From NCBI GenBank assembly GCA_964553825.1, contig CAZKLT010000001.1:51423-115422 (forward strand): 64,000 nucleotides of DNA, given 5' to 3'. This document shows, piece after piece, positions 48,677 to 59,096 of the stretch. Source of the DNA: an uncultured Gammaproteobacteria bacterium. GTDB taxonomy: Bacteria; Patescibacteriota; Microgenomatia; UBA10105; UBA927. The position numbers and the translations under genes were made by a program. Numbering within the stretch: position 1 is the stretch's first letter; the number at the start of each line of letters is the position of its first letter. The notes below the pieces were generated by a model. That model worked only from the letters and a program-made list of their open reading frames with translations, had not been told where the DNA came from and searched no databases.

Positions 48677-50079
48677 CCTTTTCGCGTAATCTCCAGGATA
48701 ACGATACTTGATGCAGGCATAAATATTTCTTTCTTCAGCGATGTTTCGGTGACCTGTTCGGTAAGCGTGACATCCGTTCCCTGGAAAAACCGTTGGCGAT
48801 AGGTGTATGTGCCCGGAGTAAGGCCGTCTATGGATACCGGGACCTTCTCCGAGCGAGTGCCGCGGGTGTCAAAATTGACGAGGAGGACACGAAGGACATT
48901 GTCTCGGGTTGAAGCAAAGCCAGTGACCCAGGTGCCTTCACCGGAGAGTGACACACGCTGTCCTGCCATGGAATCGATAAATGGATACACGAAGTAGCGT
49001 GGCTTTTTCCTTTTGCCGTTATTTTCGTGTGTGATGAGCCCCCAGCCGCTTCCGTCTTCCTGGTTGGGTCCGTCTTTGGGTTGGAAAGAGAAGGCATACG
49101 TCGGTCCGCCACTTATAAACTGACGAATGACCGCTGCCGCGTGCGCTGCCGCGTATGCCGTGCCATATTGGGTTGATTTGTCTCCCGTGATTCCGAATTC
49201 CGTTATGAGTGTCGGGATAAGCGTAAATTTCGGATAGGGGAGAAGCCATGAAATGAGATCTTCCTGATCCTTCGCGTATCGAGCGGGATCCCGTTGATAG
49301 GTGTGCCAGGAAAGAAAATCAATCCTGTTGCCGCTGCCGATGAGCGCCAGTATCCAATTCTTGTACAGGCCTGTTGTTGAAGGGCCGCCGAGATAAAATG
49401 TGTTGACATTCTGCGCGCGCCCCGCGCCCGCCGCCGCATACCGATAGAGTGTAACATAGCTTTTTTCTCCGCTATATTTCCATGATCCGAATTGTGCCAA
49501 ATCCGGCTCGTTCCATACTTCGTAATATACGCCGCTTAAGTTTTTCCCGTTCCGACCGCTATAGTGTTCAATAGTACGCTGTACGACAAGAGACCATTCA
49601 TCCCAGTTGTTGGGCGGATTTATAATGATGCCATCCTTGGCGATAACCGAGGGCATATACGATAACGCCAGAAGCGGCTTGGCTCCCGTCGCGAGGATGG
49701 TATCCACTGCGGCATCAAGTTTTGACCAGTTGAACGTAAGACCGCTTCCGTCCCGTCCTACGACATCGTGATGATCATATAAGTGATCGAGGCGTATAAT
49801 TTTGGGATTAAGCGCACGGATATCGTCGACCACCGGCGCGATCATATCCGTACTTTCTTCTCCTCCCTGCGAAAAGGCATGATAGAAAGAAAGATCAAGT
49901 TGTTCCAGCTTCAGCTGCGCGTTTACCGAGATATTGGCGGGTTTCCCTGAGGCGCGCGTGATAACCGTGACAACTTCGCGGGTACCCAGAATCAGCAGGG
50001 GCATGAATACAAGAAGGGCGACAAGGGATACGATTTGGGTTGCTTTAAACGATGTCTGCCTGACAAATATATTTGCCAT
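48673..50079 (-). CDS. Membrane-anchored glycoside hydrolase, GH39-like
   Basis: YYEVWNEPD (acid/base), LGGP, DFLSWH, ITEFG (nucleophile). Confidence 0.8.
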   Translation of the reverse strand: MANIFVRQTSFKATQIVSLVALLVFMPLLILGTREVVTVITRASGKPANISVNAQLKLEQLDLSFYHAFSQGGEESTDMIAPVVDDIRALNPKIIRLDHLYDHHDVVGRDGSGLTFNWSKLDAAVDTILATGAKPLLALSYMPSVIAKDGIIINPPNNWDEWSLVVQRTIEHYSGRNGKNLSGVYYEVWNEPDLAQFGSWKYSGEKSYVTLYRYAAAGAGRAQNVNTFYLGGPSTTGLYKNWILALIGSGNRIDFLSWHTYQRDPARYAKDQEDLISWLLPYPKFTLIPTLITEFGITGDKSTQYGTAYAAAHAAAVIRQFISGGPTYAFSFQPKDGPNQEDGSGWGLITHENNGKRKKPRYFVYPFIDSMAGQRVSLSGEGTWVTGFASTRDNVLRVLLVNFDTRGTRSEKVPVSIDGLTPGTYTYRQRFFQGTDVTLTEQVTETSLKKEIFMPASSIVILEITRKG

Positions 50080-50083
50080 AGAA

Positions 50084-51145
50084 TTATTTTATAAATACCG
50101 GTATCAATGCACCAGAGAGTAAAAATATCACGCCGACCACGATAAGCATGATCGTCATATCGACGCTTCCGGAGACCGGGATGCCGCTTCCTGACGCATC
50201 GACCACGAATGGGACTGTAGTTGTTTGTGTTTCTCCGGTTGTCGGATCGGATGCTACTGCAACCACGGTGTGTGGCCCCGGTTCAAGCGCCTCATCCGGC
50301 GTATATGTCCAGTTGCCATTTTCATCTACGGTAACAACGACGGTTTTCGGTTCGGAATAAATAGTCAGCGTGACGGTAGAACCGGGAGGTGCTGTCCCGC
50401 TGAAGGTTGGTTTATCGGTTAGCACCTGTTCGTTTTCGGCTATCGTATCAATCGTTATGGAGGATGGCGTTGCCTCAGCACTACCGGTGGCGGCGAGCGT
50501 GGGTGTAAGGGTAGGTGTGAGGCTACCTGAAGGTGTGCCTGTGGGCGTCGTTGTTATGGTGACTGATGGCGGTGGCGTAACGGATGTTGTAGCGGTTTCC
50601 TGTGTTCCGTCTGCGCGCAGAAGCGTGATATTTGATGGCGTTGTGCCGATAAGAACGTTGTTTTCTCCTTCTCCTATGGCGTTTGCGAAGGTTTCCGGTG
50701 CGGGAGCAAACCGTACTGATACGGGCGATGCGGAAGAATCGATAACTTTCATGGTCAAGACTGCGACCGTGCCAGCTCCGGTAATCGGTTCTGCGGTGCT
50801 TTTGGCACTGACGGTGATGGAGGCTTTGCCGACGGGATCGATTTTTCCGGACACGCGGATGCTTGGTGCAAGTGGTCCGTTGGTGATGTCCAGGCCCTGC
50901 AGTTTGGCGGGATCGTAGACAATGCGGATTTGGACGACGCCAACTTGGTTGGAGGCAGTATCCAGTTTCACCTCAAGGGTAAACGTGTCGCCAACCTTTT
51001 TCGTAAGCGCCGTCGGTGCCAGGGTGATTGTTGAGGCAGGGGCTGCCTTTTTGCGAACTTCCTGATTTTTCCCTACCAAAAAGACCGTAGCAGGAATGGC
51101 AAGGAGCATAAGTCCAATAGAAACAAAAAGGAACAGTTTTTTCAT
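50084..51145 (-). CDS. Surface protein with cohesin-like and Ig-like domains and a C-terminal IPVSG+TM signal
   Basis: TM then QEVRKKAA; KKVGDTFT..., YDPAKL; PTFSGTA.PGS.V, GNWTYTP, IPVSG. Confidence 0.75.
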   Translation of the reverse strand: MKKLFLFVSIGLMLLAIPATVFLVGKNQEVRKKAAPASTITLAPTALTKKVGDTFTLEVKLDTASNQVGVVQIRIVYDPAKLQGLDITNGPLAPSIRVSGKIDPVGKASITVSAKSTAEPITGAGTVAVLTMKVIDSSASPVSVRFAPAPETFANAIGEGENNVLIGTTPSNITLLRADGTQETATTSVTPPPSVTITTTPTGTPSGSLTPTLTPTLAATGSAEATPSSITIDTIAENEQVLTDKPTFSGTAPPGSTVTLTIYSEPKTVVVTVDENGNWTYTPDEALEPGPHTVVAVASDPTTGETQTTTVPFVVDASGSGIPVSGSVDMTIMLIVVGVIFLLSGALIPVFIK

Positions 51146-51201
51146 CCGTACATCCATTATGGTCGTATATATATAAAAATCGCAAGTGTAAGATGAAGGG
51201 G

Positions 51202-51238
51202 TTGACAGGTGTTAGCACTCAATGTATATTATTGCTAA
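51202..51238 (+). promoter_or_regulatory. Sigma70 promoter and CIRCE operator of the hrcA-dnaK operon
   Basis: TTGACA (51202)-17 nt-TATATT (51225); TTAGCACTC-N9-TATTGCTAA (51212-51238). Confidence 0.85.
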
Positions 51239-51262
51239 TCTTGCCTAGTTAGGAGATTGTAT

Positions 51263-52000
51263 ATGGACGACCAAGTGAAGGATCTCACACCACGACAAAT
51301 TCAGATTCTCAAGGCAATTATTGAGGAATATATCTCGACGGCTGAGCCTGTCGGAAGCGAAACACTCGACAAAAAACATAACCTTGGCGTCTCTCCAGCA
51401 ACGATCAGAAATGAAATGGTCAGACTTACCGAGATGAAGCTCCTTCATCAGCCCCATACGTCTGCAGGTCGCAGTCCCACACCGATTGCCATGAAGTACT
51501 ATGTGGATGAACTCATGAAGCCCAGAGACATGTCGGTCACCGAAGAGGTTTCCGTAAAGGAAAAAATCTGGGATTACCGTCAGGAAGTCGATAAATTGCT
51601 TCGCGAAGCGACCAAGACGTTGGCAGAGAACACCAAAACGCTTGCAATTTCCGCGACCAAAGAAGGTGACCTGTATTATGCGGGTGCGGCAAACATTCTG
51701 GATATGCCCGAGTTTTACGATTACGAATTGACGCATCAACTGTTTGAAACACTTGATCAGTTTGATTTTTGGTGGAGAATTTTGGAAGGACAGAGTGCGC
51801 CATTTCATATCGTGCTCGGTGAAGAGTTCGGGTCAAAAGGGAGTCTTGACCAGTGCGGATTCATTTATACGAAATTTGTAACGCCACACGTGTCGGGAGC
51901 TATTGGCGTCGTGGGACCATCACGTCTGAATTATCAGCAAATCGTGCCCGTCGTGCGCTACATGGGCGGACTTATCGATGAATTTGCAAGTGCTTGGTAA
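51263..52000 (+). CDS. hrcA: Heat-inducible transcription repressor HrcA (short form)
   Basis: LTPRQ.QIL..IIEEYI..AEPVGS, SPATIRNEM, QPHTSAGR, GAIGVVGPSRLNY. Confidence 0.93.
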   Translation: MDDQVKDLTPRQIQILKAIIEEYISTAEPVGSETLDKKHNLGVSPATIRNEMVRLTEMKLLHQPHTSAGRSPTPIAMKYYVDELMKPRDMSVTEEVSVKEKIWDYRQEVDKLLREATKTLAENTKTLAISATKEGDLYYAGAANILDMPEFYDYELTHQLFETLDQFDFWWRILEGQSAPFHIVLGEEFGSKGSLDQCGFIYTKFVTPHVSGAIGVVGPSRLNYQQIVPVVRYMGGLIDEFASAW

Positions 52001-52011
52001 ATACACATACC

Positions 52012-52473
52012 ATGAAGAAGACAAACGACCAAAATAATCAAAAAGTCGATGCGCCAACCGAAAACGTCAACGGAGAAGCGGAAGAATGGAAAAACAAATA
52101 TCTTCGGGCGCTTGCGGATTATCAGAATCTGGAAAAGCGTACGCAGGGTGAGGTGCAGGAGGCACGCAAATTTGCGGCAGAACGAATTCTGTCCCGCCTC
52201 CTTCCTGTGGCAGATACCTTCCGTAAGGTGCGTGAACATATCCATGACGCCGGGTTGGAGTTGGCAATTAAGGAATATAACGCAGTGCTCGCAGAACACG
52301 GGGTAGAACAGATAGCCGTAGTTGGCCGTCCATTTGATCCGCATGAGATGGAATGCATCGAGGTCGTTGTCGGACCGGACAACGAGGTTGTTGAAGAAGT
52401 GCTCCCGGGTTACCGGTTGCACGGTAAAATTTTGAGAGTAGCCCAAGTAAAAGTTGGAAAACGTGCTACTTAA
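52012..52473 (+). CDS. grpE: Nucleotide exchange factor GrpE
   Basis: [28 protein letters not shown]. Confidence 0.95.
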   Translation: MKKTNDQNNQKVDAPTENVNGEAEEWKNKYLRALADYQNLEKRTQGEVQEARKFAAERILSRLLPVADTFRKVREHIHDAGLELAIKEYNAVLAEHGVEQIAVVGRPFDPHEMECIEVVVGPDNEVVEEVLPGYRLHGKILRVAQVKVGKRAT

Positions 52474-52490
52474 ACATTAAAGGAGGATAT

Positions 52491-54398
52491 ATGGCAAAAA
52501 TTATCGGTATTGATCTGGGTACAACCAATTCGTGTGTCGCCGTTATGGAGGGAGGATCTCCCAAAGTTATTCATTCAGCTGAGGGAAGAAATGTCATCCC
52601 TTCTGTTGTCGATCCGATCAAGAACATTGTGGGTGATGTGGCCAAGCGGCAAATGGTGATGAATCCAAAGTCGACGATTTACTCTGTTAAACGACTCGTC
52701 GGCCGAAAGTTGAGCGATCCATCCGTGCAAACGGATATTAAATTGCTTCCTTATGCCATCAAATCCGGGAAAAATGATATGGCGGTCGTTGAAGTAGAAG
52801 GAAAAGAGTTTACCCCGCAGGAGATTTCCGCCAAAGTATTGGCAAAAATTAAGGCTGATGCCGAAAAGTATTTGGGAGAGCCGGTAAAACAAGCGGTTAT
52901 TACCGTGCCAGCCTATTTTGACGACAGCCAGAGACAAGCCACAAAACAGGCCGGAGAGATTGCGGGACTTGAGGTTATGCGCATTCTCAACGAGCCGACA
53001 GCTGCGGCTCTCGCATACGGGCTCGATAAGAAAAATGCCCACACCATCGCAGTGTATGACCTGGGAGGTGGAACTTTTGACATTTCCATCCTTGAGTTGG
53101 GTGACGGAGTGTATCAGGTGAAAGCTACCAATGGTGATACACACCTAGGGGGCGATGATTTTGACAAGGCAATTTTGGATTATCTTGCTGATGAGTTTAA
53201 AAAAGAACATGGTGTAGACCTGCGAAAAGATCCACAAGCGCTGCAGCGACTGCGTGATTCCGCGGAAAAGGCCAAAATCGAGCTTTCGTCTTCCATGGAA
53301 GCGGAGATTAACCTCCCCTTTATCACCCAGGGAAAAGATGGTCCCGTTCATTTGGTTACGAAGCTGACCCGGGCAAAGCTCGAGGGGTTAGTTGAAGGTC
53401 TTATCGAGCGGACGATTGAGCCGGTAAAGAAATGTCTGGCAGATGCCAAAGTGAGCGTTTCGGATGTCAATGAAGTGGTGCTGGTCGGCGGCATGACCCG
53501 TATGCCGAAAGTTATTGAGTCGGTGAAGAAATTCTTCGGCAAGGACCCCAACGCGTCGGTAAACCCCGATGAGGTGGTCGCTGTAGGCGCCGCCGTTCAG
53601 GCAGGCGTTCTGTCCGGAGACGTAAAAGATGTGGTATTGCTGGACGTTACGCCGCTCACACTGGGCGTGGAAACGCTTGGCGGTGTTTCAACACCGCTTA
53701 TCTCCCGGAATACCACGGTACCCACAAGTAAGTCTGAAATTTTTTCGACTGCCGCTGATAATCAGACATCGGTGGAAATTAATGTTCTGCAGGGAGAGCG
53801 GCCTATGGCCGCTGATAATAAATCCCTGGGTCGGTTTATCTTGTCAGGCATCCCTGCAGCACCTCGTGGAGTACCGCAGGTGGAGGTGACCTTTGATATC
53901 GATGCCTCGGGCATTTTGAACGTTACCGCTAAAGATAAGGCCAGCGGAAAGACCGCCAATATTAAAATTACGGGGTCTACCGGTCTGTCAAAAGAGGAAG
54001 TAGAAAAAATGAAGAAAGAGGCGGAAGCCAACGCCGCAGCTGATGCCGAGAAAAAGGAGAAAATTGAAGCAAGAAATAAAGCGGATAATTTGCTCTATGT
54101 TGCAGAGAAGACGCTGAAAGACGCAGGTGACAAGGCAAAGCCGGAGGACAAAAAGGATGTTGAAGACAAGGTAAAAGCGCTCAAAGACATCCTAGATTCC
54201 GGTTCGAAAGAAGATCTCGAAAAGAAAACAAGCGAACTATCGGATGCCGTCCAAAAAGTTGGTGCCGCGGCCTACCAGCAGGGACAACCGCCAGCTGATG
54301 CAGGGGCTCAGGCAGGTTCCGGAAGCCAGAATGCTGAGGAGAAAAAAGACGACAAAAAAGACGATAAAAAAGTCGAAGAAGGGGAAGTCGTCAGCTGA
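52491..54398 (+). CDS. dnaK: Chaperone DnaK
   Basis: [32 protein letters not shown]. Confidence 0.99.
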   Translation: MAKIIGIDLGTTNSCVAVMEGGSPKVIHSAEGRNVIPSVVDPIKNIVGDVAKRQMVMNPKSTIYSVKRLVGRKLSDPSVQTDIKLLPYAIKSGKNDMAVVEVEGKEFTPQEISAKVLAKIKADAEKYLGEPVKQAVITVPAYFDDSQRQATKQAGEIAGLEVMRILNEPTAAALAYGLDKKNAHTIAVYDLGGGTFDISILELGDGVYQVKATNGDTHLGGDDFDKAILDYLADEFKKEHGVDLRKDPQALQRLRDSAEKAKIELSSSMEAEINLPFITQGKDGPVHLVTKLTRAKLEGLVEGLIERTIEPVKKCLADAKVSVSDVNEVVLVGGMTRMPKVIESVKKFFGKDPNASVNPDEVVAVGAAVQAGVLSGDVKDVVLLDVTPLTLGVETLGGVSTPLISRNTTVPTSKSEIFSTAADNQTSVEINVLQGERPMAADNKSLGRFILSGIPAAPRGVPQVEVTFDIDASGILNVTAKDKASGKTANIKITGSTGLSKEEVEKMKKEAEANAAADAEKKEKIEARNKADNLLYVAEKTLKDAGDKAKPEDKKDVEDKVKALKDILDSGSKEDLEKKTSELSDAVQKVGAAAYQQGQPPADAGAQAGSGSQNAEEKKDDKKDDKKVEEGEVVS

Positions 54399-54420
54399 TA
54401 TACCGTTGGTCATTTGCGAA

Positions 54421-54446
54421 AATGGGCGCGCGAAAGCGCGCCTATT
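54421..54446 (+). promoter_or_regulatory. Strong GAAA-tetraloop hairpin between dnaK and dnaJ (no U tract)
   Basis: AATGGGCGCGC-GAAA-GCGCGCCTATT. Confidence 0.6.
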
Positions 54447-54457
54447 GAGTGGAGAGT

Positions 54458-55360
54458 ATGGCAACAAAACGTGATTACTATGACGTATTGGGGGTCGCAA
54501 AGACCGCTTCCTCCGATGAGTTAAAAAAAGCATATCGAAAGCTTGCTCTGGAGTGGCACCCGGATCGCAACAAGAGCGCAGACGCCCACGAGAAATTTAA
54601 GGAAATTAATGAGGCGTACGAAGTGCTTTCAGATGCCAAAAAGCGGTCGACCTATGATCAGTTTGGCCATCAGGCGTTCCAGCCGGGTATGGGTGGCGCA
54701 GGGGCGCACGGTGGTCCGTATGGGGGTGGAGGATTCAGGCAGGGGCCGTTTACCTATTATTATCAGAGCGGAGGCAATGGCGGAAGTCCGTTTGACGGCG
54801 TTGATTTTTCCGATCCCTTTGATATTTTCGAACAGTTTTTTGGAGGCGGATTTGGCGGAGGATTCGGACGCGGTGGCGGAAGGCCACGTGAGGCATACCA
54901 GCTGACCATCGAATTCATGGACGCCGTGAAGGGTGCGTCCCGTGAGATTCATCTACCGCGTGGAGCTGCAGGGCAGGGTAGCACAAAAAAAACGATCAAG
55001 ATACCTGCAGGAGTTGATACAGGTTCACGTATCCGGTTCGATGAGTTCGATGTCATTATTGAAGTGCGTCCGGATAAGAAATTTAAGCGGGAGGGAAACG
55101 ATCTGGTGACTGAGCAGGAAATTACGTTTAGTCAGGCTGCACTTGGCGCGGTTATTGAGGTTCCCACTATTGATGATCCGGTCAAAATTCGGGTGCAACC
55201 TGGTACGCAACCCGGTACCCTCATACGTTTGCGAGGGAAAGGTGTGCCCAGTGTGCGCGGAGGCGCGCGGGGAGATCAATATGTTCGGGTCACGCTCAAG
55301 GTCCCGACTCATCTTACAAAGCGTCAAAAAGAGATTCTCGAAGAATTGGAGCAAAGTTGA
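54458..55360 (+). CDS. dnaJ: DnaJ-family chaperone lacking the zinc-finger domain
   Basis: J domain with HPD, G/F-rich region and C-terminal domains; no CxxCxGxG repeats. Confidence 0.9.
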   Translation: MATKRDYYDVLGVAKTASSDELKKAYRKLALEWHPDRNKSADAHEKFKEINEAYEVLSDAKKRSTYDQFGHQAFQPGMGGAGAHGGPYGGGGFRQGPFTYYYQSGGNGGSPFDGVDFSDPFDIFEQFFGGGFGGGFGRGGGRPREAYQLTIEFMDAVKGASREIHLPRGAAGQGSTKKTIKIPAGVDTGSRIRFDEFDVIIEVRPDKKFKREGNDLVTEQEITFSQAALGAVIEVPTIDDPVKIRVQPGTQPGTLIRLRGKGVPSVRGGARGDQYVRVTLKVPTHLTKRQKEILEELEQS

Positions 55361-55433
55361 CTCAAACGTCGTTCATGCTATAATAGGCATAAGAATAGAG
55401 GGAGATGAGGTGGGAGCAGACCCCACCTTTTTT
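55357..55433 (+). promoter_or_regulatory. nusA promoter and leader terminator-like hairpin
   Basis: TTGACT..TGCTATAAT (55357-55384); AGGTGGG-AGCAGAC-CCCACCT then a T run (55408-55433). Confidence 0.65.
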
Positions 55434-55455
55434 ATTAAGTAAAGGAAAAAAACGT

Positions 55456-56574
55456 ATGCCAGCAACAGTCAGAAGTGAATTCAGCTTAGCGTTAAATCAG
55501 GTTGCCACCGAGCGGGGAATTGACCCGACCATCGTTTTGGAAACTATCAAGGCAGCAATACTGGCTGCATATCGAAAAGATTACGGCATGGATGAGCTCG
55601 AGCAGCTGTCCGTTGAATTGAATCCGGATACGGGCGAGGCAAAAATCTTCAAAGAAGGGAAAGATATAACCCCTCCAGGATTTGGCCGCATTGCTGCCCA
55701 GACGGCCAAACAGGTAATTCTTCAGCGTATCCGTGAGGCGGAAAAGCAGGCAGTTCTGGCGGATTACGAAACAAAAGTAGGTAATATTGTTCCCGGCATG
55801 GTACTGCGATTTGACGGACCCAATGTGGTTGTTGATATCGGCAGGACACAGGCGGTTATGCCGGTATCTGAGCAGAGTCAGGGCGAGCGGTATCACCTCA
55901 ACCAGCGGCTGACGTTCTATATCGAAGGAATTCGAGAGACCACCCGTGGTAATGAAATTATCGTGTCCCGTGCGCACAAGGGTCTCGTCGAGGGATTGTT
56001 CCGACGAGAAGTTCCTGAAGTGGCACAGGGCGCAGTTGAACTCAAGATTATAGCGCGTGAGGCCGGCGGCAGGACAAAGATTGCCGTCCACTCAACGCAG
56101 AGCGGTGTGGATCCGGTTGGTTCCTGTGTGGGACAGAAGGGCGTTCGCGTCCAGGGCGTTATCAGTGAACTTGGCGGAAGTGAAAAAGTAGATATCATCC
56201 AATACAGCGAAGATGCCAAACAATTTATAACGGCAGCACTGGCTCCAGCCAAAGATGTCGAAGTCATTCTTGATAACGAGAAGAAATCAGCAACGGTGCT
56301 CGTGCCTGAAGATCAGTTGTCTTTGGCTATCGGCCGGGATGGTCAGAATGTCCGTTTGGCAGCCAAGCTGACGGGCTGGAAAATTGATATTCAAGGAAAG
56401 GCAGTGGTTAAGCCGGAAGTGGTTGAAGATCAGCCGCAGACAGCGGGCACGAATGAAGCACCTGAAGTGCAGGCAGCCTCAGAAGCGCCTCAAGCGCCAC
56501 CCGCAGTGTCCCAGCCAACCGATCCGTCGCAACAGAATGTAACTTCTCCGCAAGATTCCGGGAAACAGGAATAG
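55456..56574 (+). CDS. nusA: Transcription termination/antitermination factor NusA
   Basis: FGRIAAQTAKQVI, AREAG.RTKIAV, DPVGSCVGQKG, LAIGRDGQNVRLA. Confidence 0.97.
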   Translation: MPATVRSEFSLALNQVATERGIDPTIVLETIKAAILAAYRKDYGMDELEQLSVELNPDTGEAKIFKEGKDITPPGFGRIAAQTAKQVILQRIREAEKQAVLADYETKVGNIVPGMVLRFDGPNVVVDIGRTQAVMPVSEQSQGERYHLNQRLTFYIEGIRETTRGNEIIVSRAHKGLVEGLFRREVPEVAQGAVELKIIAREAGGRTKIAVHSTQSGVDPVGSCVGQKGVRVQGVISELGGSEKVDIIQYSEDAKQFITAALAPAKDVEVILDNEKKSATVLVPEDQLSLAIGRDGQNVRLAAKLTGWKIDIQGKAVVKPEVVEDQPQTAGTNEAPEVQAASEAPQAPPAVSQPTDPSQQNVTSPQDSGKQE

Positions 56575-56608
56575 CGTATGAAACGTGGGGAGTTTTTTAT
56601 TATAAGCA

Positions 56609-58087
56609 ATGAACAAGCAGGAAAAACAGTCTTCTTTGCAGACTCGGCCGCCAATCGTTGCGGTTCTCGGGCACGTTGATCACGGAAAAACCTCTCTCCT
56701 TGATACCATTCGCCAGGCAGACGTCGCCTCCCGCGAGCACGGGGGCATCACCCAACATATAGGTGCGTATCAGATTGTCGTTGATGGAAAGCCGATTACC
56801 TTCATTGATACTCCCGGTCATGAGGCTTTCGCAAAAATGCGGTCCCGGGGCGCTACAGTGGCTGACATCGTCCTTCTTGTCGTTGCGGCGGATGATAGCG
56901 TGAAACCGCAAACACAAGAATCTATCGCGCAGATAAAAAGCGCCGGAGTAAGTCTTATTGTGGTGGTGAATAAAATTGATCTTCCCGGTGCCAATGCTGA
57001 ACGCGTAAAAAAGGATTTAGCCCGTGAAGGGGTTCAGGTGGAGGGATTCGGAGGAGATGTGCCCATTGCGCTTGTATCTGCAAAAGCAAAAACGGGCATA
57101 AAAGAACTTCTGGAGCTTATTCTTCTTGTCGCACAGATGAAGGAGCTTCAGGCGGATGCCAACGGTCCTTTTGAAGCGATTGTGATAGAAACGAGAGTAG
57201 ATAAAGGAAAGGGACTGGTCGCTTCTATCGTCGTGAAAAATGGAATGCTTCGAGGAGGGATGAATATTTTTGAAGATGCACGGCAGGTGGCCCGGGTGCG
57301 GGCAATGTTTGATGAGCACGGAAAAGGTGTTGTCGAAGCATTGCCGGCTCGTCCGGTGGAAGTGCTAGGGTTTACAACCCTCCCGTCAGTCGGTGGCATT
57401 CTCAAAGATGTGCCTCAGAAACCGGTTGTTGAAGCGGGAACCGAAGTGAAGCCGGATGCCGGTGCACTTATGGGCCTTCCTGATTGGCTTAAACCGGTAG
57501 CCGAACAGGAAAAAGAAAAGCTCAACATCGTTTTGAAGGCTGATACGGCAGGATCACTCGAGGCAATCGTCGCTGCCCTGCCTGACCGGATTCGGGTAGT
57601 CAGTAGCAGCGTCGGTGACATTAGCGAGGCGGATGTGCTTCTGGCGCGAGGCTCTAAGGCGTTTGTCATTGGATTTGCCGTAAAGTGTCCGGCGAATGTG
57701 GCGAAACTCGCCCAGACAGAAAAGGTGGTCCATAGAACCTATAACATAATTTATGAGCTTATTGATGAATTGACGGAAGTGGTAAGCGGCATTAAGGAAG
57801 TACTGACTTCCGAACGGGAACTCGGGACAGGACTTATCATTGCCCAGTTTCCGTATGAAAAGTCACGTATCGCCGGCACAAAGGTTCAGTCAGGACGTCT
57901 TGCCCGCGGGGATATGGTGAAAATAGTCCGCGCTGAAGTTGAAATCGGTCGTGCTAAGATCAAATCGATCCGAAAAGGTAAAGAAGAAGTGACCAAAGTG
58001 GAAGAGGGGACGGAGTGCGGAATTCTCCTGGACCGCGAAGTTGCGTTTGAGGTAAATGATGGTATAATTGCCGTCACTACAGGCTAA
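56609..58087 (+). CDS. infB: Translation initiation factor IF-2 (minimal, no N-terminal domain)
   Basis: RPPIVAVLGHVDHGKT, GGITQHIGA, DTPGHEAF, NKID, ECGI. Confidence 0.95.
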   Translation: MNKQEKQSSLQTRPPIVAVLGHVDHGKTSLLDTIRQADVASREHGGITQHIGAYQIVVDGKPITFIDTPGHEAFAKMRSRGATVADIVLLVVAADDSVKPQTQESIAQIKSAGVSLIVVVNKIDLPGANAERVKKDLAREGVQVEGFGGDVPIALVSAKAKTGIKELLELILLVAQMKELQADANGPFEAIVIETRVDKGKGLVASIVVKNGMLRGGMNIFEDARQVARVRAMFDEHGKGVVEALPARPVEVLGFTTLPSVGGILKDVPQKPVVEAGTEVKPDAGALMGLPDWLKPVAEQEKEKLNIVLKADTAGSLEAIVAALPDRIRVVSSSVGDISEADVLLARGSKAFVIGFAVKCPANVAKLAQTEKVVHRTYNIIYELIDELTEVVSGIKEVLTSERELGTGLIIAQFPYEKSRIAGTKVQSGRLARGDMVKIVRAEVEIGRAKIKSIRKGKEEVTKVEEGTECGILLDREVAFEVNDGIIAVTTG

Positions 58088-58090
58088 CTT

Positions 58091-59014
58091 ATGGACTTTG
58101 CGAATGACATACAAAAGGTGAAGGAGCTTCTGGATAAGTCCCAGGATATCCTCATTGTTACCCATGAGCGACCCACGGCTGATAGTGTGGGAAGCGCGCT
58201 TGCGCTTTATTTGGCGTTGGCGAACATGGGTAAACGGGTTACCATTGCGTGTCCGGACCCTATGATCGTGGAACATTCCAGTTTCGTAGGTGCCAATAAA
58301 TTCATAACGACACTCGGAAAGAAAAATTTTGTCATTTCTCTTGATTATGTTGATGGCTCCATTGAGAAGGTAAGCTATAACATCGAGGGCAACAAATTTA
58401 ATTTGGTTATTGAGCCGCGGGTTGGATTTGATGTGTTTTCGCCCGACAAAGTGCATTACGCGTATGCCGGAAGCAATGCTCAGCTTATTTTTACTGTGGA
58501 CACCATTCATCTCGGCGGTCTGAAAAAACTGTTTGACGATGATAAGGATATGTATGCGACGAAACCCGTGGTGAATCTCGACCGTCATCCGAACAACGCA
58601 CATTACGGACACACCAATATGATCGATGCTGGGGCATCGTCAACAGCTGAAATTGTTTACACGCTTCTTGACGGAATTGCCGCTCCCATAACTGAAGATA
58701 TCGCGACGAATCTTTTAAATGCGGTGTATGGGGCAACCAATAATTTTCAGAATCCGAATGTAGGCGCTGGCGCATTTGCATTGGCAGCTGCGGCATTAAA
58801 TGCCGGCGGTAAACGTTTCACCCGTACGGTCGTTAAAGAGGAAATTGTGCCACAGCCCGTACAGGAAACGCCCGTGGACATGCCGGTGAAACCAGAAGTT
58901 CGTGCGCAGTCTTCCGTCGGTGCGCAGCCGCCGTCCGCCGTAGATGCATCAAAAACAAAAGCTCCTCCTGACTGGCTCAAGCCGAAAATATTTAAGAGTT
59001 CGCACCTCTCATAA
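58091..59014 (+). CDS. DHH family phosphoesterase (NrnA-like, divergent)
   Basis: THERPTADSVGS, TVD, NLDRHPNN, SSTAEIV; no DHHA1 domain. Confidence 0.75.
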   Translation: MDFANDIQKVKELLDKSQDILIVTHERPTADSVGSALALYLALANMGKRVTIACPDPMIVEHSSFVGANKFITTLGKKNFVISLDYVDGSIEKVSYNIEGNKFNLVIEPRVGFDVFSPDKVHYAYAGSNAQLIFTVDTIHLGGLKKLFDDDKDMYATKPVVNLDRHPNNAHYGHTNMIDAGASSTAEIVYTLLDGIAAPITEDIATNLLNAVYGATNNFQNPNVGAGAFALAAAALNAGGKRFTRTVVKEEIVPQPVQETPVDMPVKPEVRAQSSVGAQPPSAVDASKTKAPPDWLKPKIFKSSHLS

Positions 59015-59096
59015 CCAAATGTCGTCTTGTACATTTCCTCAGAATGCTGTAAAATACGAATAATCGGAGCAGAACAGCGCTCCTTTTTCAATAGAT

